Below are positions 11,271 through 21,095 of a stretch of DNA of 64,000 nt, piece by piece. The stretch is from Verrucomicrobiota bacterium (GTDB lineage: Bacteria; Verrucomicrobiota; Verrucomicrobiia; Opitutales; Cerasicoccaceae): contig JBCBUK010000001.1 of assembly GCA_039818205.1 (NCBI GenBank), forward strand, positions 224,001 through 288,000, given 5' to 3'. Each line of letters begins with the position of its first letter. Positions within the stretch are counted from its first letter, which is position 1. The notes beneath the pieces were generated by a model. The model was given only the letters and a program-made list of their open reading frames with translations. It had not been told where the DNA came from and ran no database searches. The position numbers and the translations under genes are program-made.

Positions 11271-11306
11271 AAACGCCTCCGGATAATCCCGGGGGCGTTT
11301 TTTTTT
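11271..11306 (+). terminator. Intrinsic terminator after groEL
   Basis: AAACGCCTCCGG-ataatc-CCGGGGGCGTTT followed by a T run. Confidence 0.85.
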
Positions 11307-11372
11307 GTCGCAGATCAAGCAGCGGACATTTAAGCACCAAAGGATTGAGCCGAACATACCCGCTAAGCATCT

Positions 11373-13388
11373 ATGAACAAAGGTAGCTATCGCCCAGAGA
11401 TTGATGGACTACGTGCGCTGTCAGTTGTCGGTGTGATGCTCTATCATGCCGATCTAGGATTCTCCGGTGGCTACGTTGGCGTTGACGTCTTCTTTGTGAT
11501 ATCCGGCTTTTTAATCACGAGAATCATCTACCGAGAGATTAACCAAGGCACCTTTACCCTGAGCAACTTTTGGACGCGAAGGATCAAACGAATCCTACCC
11601 GCTTCATCATTCGTCACCCTGGCAACAATACTAGCTGGCTACATCATCTTGGATCCGGAACTGCTATCGAGCCTTAGTCTATCAGCGATCGCCTATGCAT
11701 TATTCTTAGCCAACGTCTACTTTTATCGGCAAGACAGCTACTTCGCCCCAGCCCTGGAATCGCAACCGCTCCTGCACACCTGGTCGCTATCGGTCGAGGA
11801 ACAATTCTATGTCGGATTTCCGCTATTGATCCTCCTGCTCATTCGATTCTTCAAGCAATCGACTCCGCGGCTGCTGCTTATCATCGCGATCCTTTCCTTC
11901 GTCATTAGCGTTGTCGGCGTGTACGCCAAGCCTGCGGCGACGTTTTTCCTGCTTCCGACTCGTGCTTGGGAGCTTATGGCGGGATGCCTAATCGCCATAT
12001 CGGCCGACAGGATTCAATGGAAGAAGTCGACCCGAGAACCCCTATCCGCCCTCGGCATTCTGCTGGTAGTCGCCTCGATGCTTTTCTATTCATCCCAAAC
12101 GCCATTTCCTGGCTTGGCGGCGATATTCCCGGTTGGCGGAGCAGCGATCTTCATCGCAGCCAACTGCGGTTCAGGCACGCAAATGGGGCGTGTCCTCTCA
12201 CTCCGCCCATTCGTCTTTATTGGCCTGCTCAGCTACTCATTGTATCTTTGGCACTGGCCGCTTCTCGTCTACGGCAAATATTTGTTAGGAGCTCTATCAA
12301 TCAGCGCAAAGCTATCCATTATCTCGCTTACCTTCATCCTTGCCTATCTCAGCTGGAAATTTATCGAAGCACCATTCCGCCGAAAGTGGATCAACGGGCC
12401 TAAGTGGGCATTCTGTTTTGCGATCGCAACTGCACTACTAACCACCGGTATTTCGCTAAGCCTCTGGAATCAATTTCGCTCACTGGAAAACCTGGATTCA
12501 GAACTTCAAAAAATCGTTCATGACATATCCTGGAACGGAATCGAATACCAAAAAGAAGACGCAAAACTAGGCGTCCAGGACGACGAGCGGCCTGTCGATT
12601 TCATTGTATGGGGCGATAGCCATGCCATGTTTCATTGCCAACAAATCGATGAACTCGCCCGCAAGCTGGACCTCAAGGGCCTTGCCTACGTCAACCTAGG
12701 TAGCGTTCCAGTGCCAAATCTATGGAAGCCGGATCGCTCAGATGCGTTCAACGATCAAAACCAAAAACGGAACCTAGAGCGCAAACAGCAAATCATAGAT
12801 AGTGGCGTCAAAGACGTCATCATGATTGCGCGGTGGGATAGCTATATCAATGGGTATCTTGAAACTGAGATCGATGAATCCAAAGGCCGATATAAAACCT
12901 ACTCGATGGTCGCCGATTCTGATTCACGTGAGCTGACCTCCAGTGAAAGCTACGCGGCGCTGCAAAGGCAGTTCTCTCGCTTGTCGGAAGAATTCGCAGG
13001 CCATGGTATTCGGATCTGGCTGCTACTCCAGGTCCCCCATGCCCCTCATACGGACATTGCGAGGAAATTCTACCGCCTCGAACGCTTTCCCTGGCTCATG
13101 TCGGCAGACTTCAACGAGGGTATCTCGCGCGAAGATTACGAACAAACACGTCAGAAAACTTTCGAGCTGTTCTCCAATCTGCAAGGCGATCATCTGATGG
13201 TCGTCGATCCAATTGACGGCTTCTTTCCTGATGACCAACCGATGACGCTATTCGACGAGGAGCGCGCTTTCTATCGCGACGAAGACCACCTGACGGAGCA
13301 CGGTGTTAGCCGTTACTTAAAGACAACCCACGAAGAAACTCTGAAAGCAATCGCAGTGCAACCGAACAAGAAGCAAGAAACGAATTAG
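11373..13388 (+). CDS. Acyltransferase family 3 plus SGNH domain (OafA/OatA-like O-acetyltransferase)
   Basis: YRPEIDGLRA, GVDVFFVISGFLIT, HTWSLSVEEQFY; C-terminal WGDSHA and DEDHL. Confidence 0.92.
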   Translation: MNKGSYRPEIDGLRALSVVGVMLYHADLGFSGGYVGVDVFFVISGFLITRIIYREINQGTFTLSNFWTRRIKRILPASSFVTLATILAGYIILDPELLSSLSLSAIAYALFLANVYFYRQDSYFAPALESQPLLHTWSLSVEEQFYVGFPLLILLLIRFFKQSTPRLLLIIAILSFVISVVGVYAKPAATFFLLPTRAWELMAGCLIAISADRIQWKKSTREPLSALGILLVVASMLFYSSQTPFPGLAAIFPVGGAAIFIAANCGSGTQMGRVLSLRPFVFIGLLSYSLYLWHWPLLVYGKYLLGALSISAKLSIISLTFILAYLSWKFIEAPFRRKWINGPKWAFCFAIATALLTTGISLSLWNQFRSLENLDSELQKIVHDISWNGIEYQKEDAKLGVQDDERPVDFIVWGDSHAMFHCQQIDELARKLDLKGLAYVNLGSVPVPNLWKPDRSDAFNDQNQKRNLERKQQIIDSGVKDVIMIARWDSYINGYLETEIDESKGRYKTYSMVADSDSRELTSSESYAALQRQFSRLSEEFAGHGIRIWLLLQVPHAPHTDIARKFYRLERFPWLMSADFNEGISREDYEQTRQKTFELFSNLQGDHLMVVDPIDGFFPDDQPMTLFDEERAFYRDEDHLTEHGVSRYLKTTHEETLKAIAVQPNKKQETN

Positions 13389-13416
13389 GCGCGGATCCTT
13401 ATCCGGCAAATTCGAT

Positions 13417-14247
13417 CTAGGCACGAACAGCCCAAATCTTGACCTCTCCGTTGGCGGCAGCTTCTAGTGCCTCCGGGCAATACCTGACAAGATCAGCCTC
13501 GGGCAAATTCGGAACGATGCTCAATTGAAATCCGGCGTCGATTAGCCGTTCCGCCAAAGTTCTCGCTTTGATATTTCGCTCAGCCAACCAAGCTGGATGG
13601 ATCTCCATAAGCACCGCCCGCAAGGTCTTGTCTTGCAGCAAACTATCCATGCCGTGAAGCACGAGATCTTCCGTCCCCTCCACATCGATTTTGACGACAT
13701 CGGGCTTCGGTCGCGACCGAAAGAAATCGTCTAGAGCCATCGTTTCAAACTGCTCACCGGAAACCTGGGCCCGGTTGCTCGCATGGGGTAGGCCGGGTGC
13801 GCCCTCAACCCAGGAAACCTTGGTTTTTCCATCGCCAACAATTACGGATTTCCAATCGATCTGATGCAAGGCATTGAGTTCAGCATTCGCTTTCGCCAGC
13901 TTCAGGTTACTCGCGGCTGGCTCAAAGGCGTATACTCGAGTTTTCGGATTCGCCATCGCTGCCAAACAAGAAAACCATCCGAGATTCGCGCCGACATCAA
14001 CGACCACCGCAGCGTCCCGACAAGCTTCGATCCACAGCTTACTAGCCGAGGCCTCGTGCCACGCCCCATCCCGATACCGAGGCAGAAACCAATCGTGGCT
14101 GTAGGGATCATTCGTGTGAAAGCGTAACTCACTGCTTCCAAAATCAAAGGACTGGGGAGGAGAATCTCGCAGGGATTGCGATCGAACTTGATATCGCATC
14201 CGGCGCAACGCAGGCCAAAGACCAACACGAGTGAGTAGATCCTTCAC
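13417..14247 (-). CDS. FkbM family methyltransferase
   Basis: VVDVGANLGWFS, VYAFEP, KIDVEG. Confidence 0.9.
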   Translation of the reverse strand: MKDLLTRVGLWPALRRMRYQVRSQSLRDSPPQSFDFGSSELRFHTNDPYSHDWFLPRYRDGAWHEASASKLWIEACRDAAVVVDVGANLGWFSCLAAMANPKTRVYAFEPAASNLKLAKANAELNALHQIDWKSVIVGDGKTKVSWVEGAPGLPHASNRAQVSGEQFETMALDDFFRSRPKPDVVKIDVEGTEDLVLHGMDSLLQDKTLRAVLMEIHPAWLAERNIKARTLAERLIDAGFQLSIVPNLPEADLVRYCPEALEAAANGEVKIWAVRA

Positions 14248-14323
14248 AATTGCTAATTAAAGCAACCTCCCGCCAGGATGGCGAGCTGCATATCTCGACG
14301 ATTGGGCAACAGGCATCAACGAC

Positions 14324-16573
14324 TCAAAGCATGTCGACCGGATCGACGTCGAATACATCGATGACTTCTTCGTCCATGGGAAACTCCTTACGCAGCGCAA
14401 GGAGCGAGGGAAGCACCTTTGAGACGTTCCCGAGAAAATACCAAATGTGGAATCGGTAGGTGTCCTTCATCTTTTCTAGCGGTGCAGGAGCCGGCCCGCG
14501 AATCTCGACGGGATGTTCCAGCTTTTCCTCCACCAGGTCCGCCCACTTTTCCGCATAGAAAACGACTTTGTCTGGATTTCGCCCGCGAAACAGGTGCCTT
14601 ACGATGTGGCGATACGGCGGATAATGAAACTCTTTGCGCTGCTCCAATTCGACTTCCAAATAACCATCAAAATCGCCCCGACGCGCAAACTGAATCGGCT
14701 CGTTATGCGGCATGAAGGTCTGCACAATCACTTCGCCCGCCGTGTCTCCCCGACCTGCCCGTCCCGCAACCTGAACCAATAGCTGGAAACACCGCTCACT
14801 CGCTCGAAAGTCCGGTACGTGCAGGGCAATATCGGCATCAACCAGACCAACCAAGGTCACATTGGGAAAATCGAGTCCTTTGGCGATCATCTGAGTGCCG
14901 ACTAAAATATCGATTTTCCCTTTCCTGAAGTCATCCAAAATATGCCGAAACAGATGCTTCTTCGTCATCGTATCGGTATCGAGCCGGACAATTTTCGCCT
15001 TCGGAACGATGGACTGAATCGCCTCTTCGATTTTCTGCGTTCCGAAACCTCGCCTCTTGATTTCGACCGAACCACATTTCCCGCAACGCGACGGAGCTCG
15101 CTCGAAATACCCGCATACGTGGCACTTTATTCGCTCGTCGGTCCGGTGATAGGTCAAGGTAACATCACAATGCGGGCACTGCGCGACGAAGCCGCAATCG
15201 GGACATAGCACGCTATTTGAATAGCCCCGACGATTTAGAAACATGATCGACTGCTCTCGCTTCTCGAAACGATCGATTAACTTGTCCGCAAGGGCCTGTG
15301 AGATGTTGGCGACGCCATCACGGCGCATTTTCTCGCGGCGCATATCAACGATGTGGACCGTGGGTAGCTCCCGGTCATCGACCCGCTTCGTTAATCGGTT
15401 CAGGCGATAACGGCCCTGTTGGGCGTTATAAAGCGATTCCAGCGACGGTGTCGCCGAACCAAGCACACAGGTGGCTCCTGCCAACATTGCGCGATACACA
15501 GCAACATCCCTCCCATGATACCGCGGCGTCTCACCCTGCTTGTAGGCTGGCTCATGCTCCTCATCCACGACCACAAGGCGGAGATTTGGGATTGGCGCGA
15601 AAATGGCCGAGCGCGCTCCGACCACAACGCGTGCCTCCCCTCGAGCAAGAGAAAACCAGGCATCAAATCGCTCACCCGCGGAAAGGTGACTGTGCCAAAC
15701 GACGATTTTCACGCCTCCGTGCTCGAGCCGAGCTCGCAGGCGCCCAACCGTTTGTGGTGTTAGGGCTACTTCTGGCACCAGGAAAATGACCCCACCGCCC
15801 TCGCCCAATGCTGACCGCATCGCGTCGAGATAGACTTCGGTTTTGCCAGAGCCGGTAACTCCATGAAGCAAATGTGGGCGAAATTCGTTTTTCGAGAGGC
15901 TCACTCGAAAATCATCAGCGGCCGCCTGCTGCTCTTCATTGAGCACAATATCCTGGGCAACCACCGACTCGGAGCTCGCCAGATCATCATTGTAAACCGT
16001 CCGCTCTTCCCGTTCCTTAAATTCGCGGACTAACCCCTTCTTTACTAGCGCAGCACAAGCAGCAGCACCTACTTTCAAACGTCGCAGAATCTTGTTTTTC
16101 GGAATCGGCTTTATCTGTTGCTTGATGAATTGATAGAGCTGCGCCTGCTTTGGCGCCCGCTTTTCGAGCGCTGCCATTTCCTCATCATTGGCGATGCGCC
16201 CCAACTCCAACAACACCGCATACTTGGCCGCAGTTTGCTGGCGCACCGCGGCGGGAATCATGGTCTCAAAAACGACGTCGACCGAGCTTGCGTAGTAGCG
16301 CTGCATCCACCGTCCCAACGTGATCAGTTCACCATTGATGACTGGATCCTCGTAAAGTGCCTCAAATATAAACTTCAGCTTCTCAGGCGAAACCTCCTCC
16401 TGGGAATCAATCGAGGATACGATTCCCAACTGATTTCGATTGAGGAGCGGAACGCGAACCAGAGAGCCCACATGAACTTTGGACTGGAGACTAGGCGGAA
16501 CTATATATGCCAGAACTCGATCGAGGCCGGTGAGCGGCACGACATCGATTATCATCGGGTTTTCATCTGGCAT
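14324..16573 (-). CDS. priA: Primosomal protein N' (replication restart helicase)
   Basis: GVTGSGKT, DEEHE, four CxxC pairs, QVAGRAGR. Confidence 0.97.
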   Translation of the reverse strand: MPDENPMIIDVVPLTGLDRVLAYIVPPSLQSKVHVGSLVRVPLLNRNQLGIVSSIDSQEEVSPEKLKFIFEALYEDPVINGELITLGRWMQRYYASSVDVVFETMIPAAVRQQTAAKYAVLLELGRIANDEEMAALEKRAPKQAQLYQFIKQQIKPIPKNKILRRLKVGAAACAALVKKGLVREFKEREERTVYNDDLASSESVVAQDIVLNEEQQAAADDFRVSLSKNEFRPHLLHGVTGSGKTEVYLDAMRSALGEGGGVIFLVPEVALTPQTVGRLRARLEHGGVKIVVWHSHLSAGERFDAWFSLARGEARVVVGARSAIFAPIPNLRLVVVDEEHEPAYKQGETPRYHGRDVAVYRAMLAGATCVLGSATPSLESLYNAQQGRYRLNRLTKRVDDRELPTVHIVDMRREKMRRDGVANISQALADKLIDRFEKREQSIMFLNRRGYSNSVLCPDCGFVAQCPHCDVTLTYHRTDERIKCHVCGYFERAPSRCGKCGSVEIKRRGFGTQKIEEAIQSIVPKAKIVRLDTDTMTKKHLFRHILDDFRKGKIDILVGTQMIAKGLDFPNVTLVGLVDADIALHVPDFRASERCFQLLVQVAGRAGRGDTAGEVIVQTFMPHNEPIQFARRGDFDGYLEVELEQRKEFHYPPYRHIVRHLFRGRNPDKVVFYAEKWADLVEEKLEHPVEIRGPAPAPLEKMKDTYRFHIWYFLGNVSKVLPSLLALRKEFPMDEEVIDVFDVDPVDML

Positions 16574-16579
16574 CCGGGC

Positions 16580-16608
16580 ATGCTCCTAACGCTTCGCTAG
16601 CGGGTCAA
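16580..16608 (-). promoter_or_regulatory. sigma70-type promoter of priA, leaderless geometry
   Basis: Minus strand TTGACC-N17-GAGCAT-N6-ATG(16573). Confidence 0.55.
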
Positions 16609-16617
16609 GTTAAGTAC

Positions 16618-16649
16618 AAAAAAGAACCCGCGGATAACCGCGGGTTCTT
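16618..16649 (-). terminator. Intrinsic terminator of the OmcB-like gene
   Basis: AAGAACCCGCGG-ataa-CCGCGGGTTCTT perfect stem; T run on the minus strand. Confidence 0.85.
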
Positions 16650-16672
16650 GAAAGAATTCGAACCGTTTCGAC

Positions 16673-18310
16673 TTAGTAAATCGTGGTGGATTCCTGGTCG
16701 AGGATCGGCACGGTGCGGAAGTTGGTCATGGTTTCCATCTTCGTGGTGATGGTACCACCCGAGCGACCAGTTACGGTGATCGTGCGGGTTACTTCCTTAC
16801 CTGGTGCAAGATCAACTGGGCCGAATGTCACGACCTGACCTTGAACCGAACCGCCAGCGCTTACGGAGTCGACCTTTACGTTAGCAGGCAATGTGATGAC
16901 CTGAGAAGTAATGGTGATACCTTCGTATGGCGACTGGTTGAGTGCCTTGATGGTGTAAACGGTTTGTTGACCAACTTGAATTGGGTCAATCGAGTCAGCG
17001 ATCGAGGTGTGAACACCTGGAACAGCCTTCCACAGGGTCTTAGCCGATGCACTGTCAGTCAAGCCGCGCTCGGTCTTAACCGATGCAACGTTGGTGAGGG
17101 TGCCTGGCTTAGCCGAGGTGTAGGTGAGGTTCCATGTGTGCGATGCACCTGGAGCGAGGGATGGCAAGGTCCAGACCACTTGGTCAGCGGTGTCGTCAGT
17201 TTGTGTATTCTGACTACCTGGACGCCAGTAACCATGAACGTTACGACGTGGGTCGTGTTGTGGGTTCATGAATACGGTCTTACCGGTGTCAACATCGTAG
17301 ACTTGACCACCCTTGGTAACTTGACCGTGGAGGATCGCACCGGCAGGAATATTGTCGGTTACGACAAGGTTCTTGAGGGTGGTGTTACCATCATTGGTGA
17401 CGGTGATCTTATAGTCAGCTGGAACAAAGATGTATTGTTCAGCAGGACCAGTCTTGGTGATCGAGATCGCGGAGCTAACAACTTCGATTGGAGCAGAAGC
17501 AGTAACTTCGGTGCCTCCGTCGAAGTTTGCGGTCGCGACGTTGGTGAACTTACCAACCTTGGTGGACTTACCGGTAACCTGGAAGGTTGCGGTGTCACCC
17601 GGCATGAGTGTGCCAGCGTTCTTGGTCAAGGAACCAGCAGGAGTAAACTCGCTTGGCATTGCATCCTTGATCACGGTCATGTCGGCAGCTGCGTTACCAA
17701 CGTTCTTAACCATGATGTTCCAAGTTGCGGACTCACCCAATTCGATAAGAGCTGGACCAGTCTTGGTGATGTTGAGCTTTGGCTGACCAACAAAAAGTGG
17801 CAGACAAACGAGTGGATCTGCGCGAACGACCGAGCAAACGTCAAAAGTACCAGTGGACGATGGAACAACCATCACCTTGATATTCTTGGTTTCGCCAGCC
17901 TTGATCGCTTCAAGATCCCAGCTAGGCATTCCGAATTGGTTCATAGATGCTTTTGGAGTCGCATCGCTGAACTTAACGGAGCTCGGCAGGAACTCGTCGA
18001 TTTCAACATTTGTCACGGGCTGTTTAGCCATGACGTCAATGTCATAGGTGTAGGTTTGGCCGACCGTGGAGCCGGAGCCATACCGCTTGGTTACTCGGAC
18101 CAGATGATCCTCGTAAACGACATATCCATCGCCAGATTGACGCTGAACGGTTGGAGCCGGTGCAGGAGCAGGTGCAGGTGCTGCTGCCACAGGCTGTGAT
18201 TGGGGGGCGGACGATTGACTAGCAGTTGTACCACAACCGGTAATCACCATCGTCGCCACTGCTAGCCCTGCAAACAGGGAACTTTTCAGTAGGGACATAG
18301 TTCGCTTCAT
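16673..18310 (-). CDS. DUF11-repeat lipoprotein, homologue of chlamydial OmcB
   Basis: 545 aa; lipobox ITGC, Pro/Ala linker, repeated ITKTGP modules, C-terminus WKAVPGVHTSIADSIDPIQVGQQTVYTI...PILDQESTTIY resembling the OmcB C-terminus as I recall it. Confidence 0.8.
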   Translation of the reverse strand: MKRTMSLLKSSLFAGLAVATMVITGCGTTASQSSAPQSQPVAAAPAPAPAPAPTVQRQSGDGYVVYEDHLVRVTKRYGSGSTVGQTYTYDIDVMAKQPVTNVEIDEFLPSSVKFSDATPKASMNQFGMPSWDLEAIKAGETKNIKVMVVPSSTGTFDVCSVVRADPLVCLPLFVGQPKLNITKTGPALIELGESATWNIMVKNVGNAAADMTVIKDAMPSEFTPAGSLTKNAGTLMPGDTATFQVTGKSTKVGKFTNVATANFDGGTEVTASAPIEVVSSAISITKTGPAEQYIFVPADYKITVTNDGNTTLKNLVVTDNIPAGAILHGQVTKGGQVYDVDTGKTVFMNPQHDPRRNVHGYWRPGSQNTQTDDTADQVVWTLPSLAPGASHTWNLTYTSAKPGTLTNVASVKTERGLTDSASAKTLWKAVPGVHTSIADSIDPIQVGQQTVYTIKALNQSPYEGITITSQVITLPANVKVDSVSAGGSVQGQVVTFGPVDLAPGKEVTRTITVTGRSGGTITTKMETMTNFRTVPILDQESTTIY

Positions 18311-18538
18311 AGTGTTAGTGAGAGTTTTAGTGGTTTGGTTCGCGTAACAATCGGTACAACCGATGATTGGCTTAAGAGTTTGTTTGCAAATATTTCTACG
18401 TCAACAATCAAACGAAGATTGATAGGTCTCACCATTGACTAATAATTAACAAAATAAACGAACGAATTGAGCCTCTGGCGGTTTACTGATTGACCTGTCG
18501 GACCTTTGTCTCAAATTAGTCTCAATAAAATTATTGTA

Positions 18539-19018
18539 ATGGCAAACGACGACACGACAAACGTTCCCGTAGAAAACCCCAAAGAGACTTTTCAACAATT
18601 TCTGACCAGCAAGGGCCTGCGCGTTACCAATCAACGAATTGCGATTTTTGACGCTGCCTATGGCGCTGAGGACCATTATACGGCCGAGGACCTCCTCGAT
18701 CGTTCCCGCAAAATTGATCCATCGGTATCACGAGCGACGGTCTATCGTTCTTTGCCCATTTTGGTCGAGAGTGGACTCGTTCGCGAAGTCGATGTCGGTC
18801 TCGACAATAAATACTATTTGGCCAACCGCGAGAGCCGGACATTCCAGGCCCAAGTCATCGATACGGAGAATGACAAGATCTACGAGGTCGATGCCCCATT
18901 CATGGAATGGTATGGCAAAACCGTTTGCGAAAAACTGGGCATGGAACCCGTCGCCATGCGTTTGCAGGTTACCGCAAAGAAGCGGGCAACGAGTGAAGTT
19001 ACTGAAGCCAGTCAGTAA
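18539..19018 (+). CDS. Fur-family transcriptional regulator with atypical metal site
   Basis: [32 protein letters not shown]-type motif replaced by FQAQ; no CxxC. Confidence 0.85.
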   Translation: MANDDTTNVPVENPKETFQQFLTSKGLRVTNQRIAIFDAAYGAEDHYTAEDLLDRSRKIDPSVSRATVYRSLPILVESGLVREVDVGLDNKYYLANRESRTFQAQVIDTENDKIYEVDAPFMEWYGKTVCEKLGMEPVAMRLQVTAKKRATSEVTEASQ

Positions 19019-19024
19019 TTGTCG

Positions 19025-19396
19025 ATGAGCGAGGCGGACAACCAATTTGAGATCACCTTTTTCGAGTCCCTCCTCCGACGTATGCCGGATGATGTAGAGG
19101 TTCTCGAAATCCTGGCGGGTCTTTATTCTGACGAAGGTCGAATTGATGATAGCCTGCGGATGGATAGTCTGTTGGTCGACCTCCAGCCCGAGAACCCGAC
19201 CGCGCGCTACAATTTGGCCTGCTCGCTCGCGCTGAAGAGTCTCGACGAGCAAGCGCTCGAAACCCTGAGACAAGCCATCGACCTGGGCTATCGAGATGTG
19301 CAGTGGCTCAAGGATGACCCGGACTTCCGGGAATTGAGAAAACACCCCTCTTTTCAGGAAATCCTCGATGATCTCCAAGCCCGACCCACGAGCTAG
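19025..19396 (+). CDS. Small TPR protein
   Basis: PENPTARYNLACSLAL, LRQAIDLGY, DDPDFRELR; 6 bp after the Fur-like stop. Confidence 0.85.
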   Translation: MSEADNQFEITFFESLLRRMPDDVEVLEILAGLYSDEGRIDDSLRMDSLLVDLQPENPTARYNLACSLALKSLDEQALETLRQAIDLGYRDVQWLKDDPDFRELRKHPSFQEILDDLQARPTS

Positions 19397-19468
19397 CTGA
19401 AAAGATTCTGACAGAATCTTGACGGCGGGCTGACGACATTGCCGCTGGGATTGATTATACTCTGCGGT

Positions 19469-20050
19469 ATGAAAACCATATCTGCCTTCTTCCCTTCGAT
19501 CGCCGCGATCGCCGTCTTCACCTCCGTAGCAAGTGCCTGCGGCATCTACGTTGAGGACGAATCTGAAATCGAAAATCCGTTCATCGACACTCGAAGCTAC
19601 GCGGACACCGTCAATGAATCCCTTCAACTGCGGGAGCTTCGGCGGCTGACCGAAAACGAATTCATCGAGGCGATAAAATCAGGCGAATACATCCTGTTGG
19701 ATGCTCGCAGCAAGGCCAACTATGACCTCCGCCACATCTTTGGCGCCGTCAACCTGCCCTTCACCGAGTTCACGGCGGATAACCTTGCCCGCATTGTTCC
19801 AAGTAAGGACACAAAGATTCTCATCTACTGTAACAACAATTTCTTTGCCGGCACAGAGTCGTTGATTACCAAGAGCATTGCCGCTTCACTCAATCTGAGC
19901 ACGCAAGCCGCTCTCAATGCCTACGGCTACAAGCAAGTTTACGAGCTGGGTCCACTGCTCGATATGCGAACCACCAAAATTTCATTCGCTGGAACCGAAG
20001 TCGTGCAAGAATTAGTCAGTCAGTGGGATTTCTTCATGCTTGACCGCTAG
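19469..20050 (+). CDS. Exported rhodanese-like domain protein
   Basis: Signal peptide; LLDARS, HIFGAVNLPF, ILIYCNNNF. TATACT lies 7 nt before this ATG. Confidence 0.85.
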   Translation: MKTISAFFPSIAAIAVFTSVASACGIYVEDESEIENPFIDTRSYADTVNESLQLRELRRLTENEFIEAIKSGEYILLDARSKANYDLRHIFGAVNLPFTEFTADNLARIVPSKDTKILIYCNNNFFAGTESLITKSIAASLNLSTQAALNAYGYKQVYELGPLLDMRTTKISFAGTEVVQELVSQWDFFMLDR

Positions 20051-20074
20051 CGGTGCGGGAAATTCCATGTCCCC

Positions 20075-20581
20075 ATGAGTCATGTTTCCCTGATCCTTAC
20101 CCTCAGCGGCGTTGATCGCCCCGGCCTCGTGCAAGAGCTAGCCAAGGTCGTTGCCGACAATGGCGGAAACTGGGAGCAGAGTCGGATGGCTCACCTAGCA
20201 GATCGATTCGTTGGCCTGCTCGAAGTTATGGTCGCCGAAGACAAAGTAGATCCGCTCTGCGCAGCATTGCGCAACCTACCCGATCTATTCTTAACCATGC
20301 ACGTGGATCGCCCGGCAATTGAAGATCATCGCGGCGTTTTCTCATTGGAACTTCTCGGCAGCGACCAGCCCGGGATTGTCCAGAAAATCACGCAAGCGTT
20401 GGCCAATGCTCATGTAAACATCGAAGAAATTACGACCTCCACTGAAGCGGCCCCGGATTCGGGAGCCCCGCTTTTTCGGGCGCGTATGCGTCTGACCGGC
20501 GGCGGTGATCAGGATGAAATTCGCCAGGAGTTGGAAGCGATCGCCCATGACCTAATGGTCGAGATCAAAGTCGAGTCCTAG
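20075..20581 (+). CDS. GcvR-like tandem ACT-domain protein
   Basis: GVDRPGLV, GGNWEQSRMAHL, GSDQPGIV. Upstream TTGACC-N17-TTCCAT-N6-ATG. Confidence 0.88.
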   Translation: MSHVSLILTLSGVDRPGLVQELAKVVADNGGNWEQSRMAHLADRFVGLLEVMVAEDKVDPLCAALRNLPDLFLTMHVDRPAIEDHRGVFSLELLGSDQPGIVQKITQALANAHVNIEEITTSTEAAPDSGAPLFRARMRLTGGGDQDEIRQELEAIAHDLMVEIKVES

Positions 20582-20627
20582 ATTTTGTGGTTGTGTGCTG
20601 ACCATCAAGCGCTTAAGAAATACAGCA

Positions 20628-21086
20628 ATGTGCGCTGATACCTTACGTAGCCCCGAAAAACGAGCGATCCGACAGTTTTCAATTTTTGCTGATAACAAAG
20701 TCGGACGCCTTAATGACTTGGTCATGATGATGGCCCAGAACGACATTCACATTTTGTCGATCTGCACGGTGGATACCACGGATAGCGCGATTATCCGCCT
20801 AATCCCCGATTATTGGGAGCCCGCAAAACAGCTCTTCGAACGGCACAAATTCGCCTATTCGCTCAACGAGGTCATGGCCGTCGAATTCAATACTGAAGAA
20901 GACCTGCGCAAGGTAACCTGTGCGCTCACGCAGGCAGAGATCAATATCCACTATACCTACCCGATGCTCATGCGCCCCGAGGGCCGCTGCGGGCTAGTCC
21001 TGCACCTCGAGGACAATGAGATGGCAGCCGACATTCTACAGAGCAGCGGAATCAAGGTGCTCGATCTGGATGATCTCGCGCGCTAA
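20628..21086 (+). CDS. ACT-domain protein
   Basis: RQFSIFADNKVGRL, AEINIHYTY; start uncertain. Confidence 0.82.
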   Translation: MCADTLRSPEKRAIRQFSIFADNKVGRLNDLVMMMAQNDIHILSICTVDTTDSAIIRLIPDYWEPAKQLFERHKFAYSLNEVMAVEFNTEEDLRKVTCALTQAEINIHYTYPMLMRPEGRCGLVLHLEDNEMAADILQSSGIKVLDLDDLAR

Positions 21087-21095
21087 GGGCCCGGG

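Noticed and set aside
16841..18199. 452-aa antisense ORF over the OmcB-like gene, and similar shadows over groEL, DUF481, sucD and valS
   Set aside because: Mirror-frame ORFs of strongly biased genes; no protein-like motifs.
18728..19627. 299-aa minus-strand ORF
   Set aside because: Antisense to three well-supported plus-strand genes.
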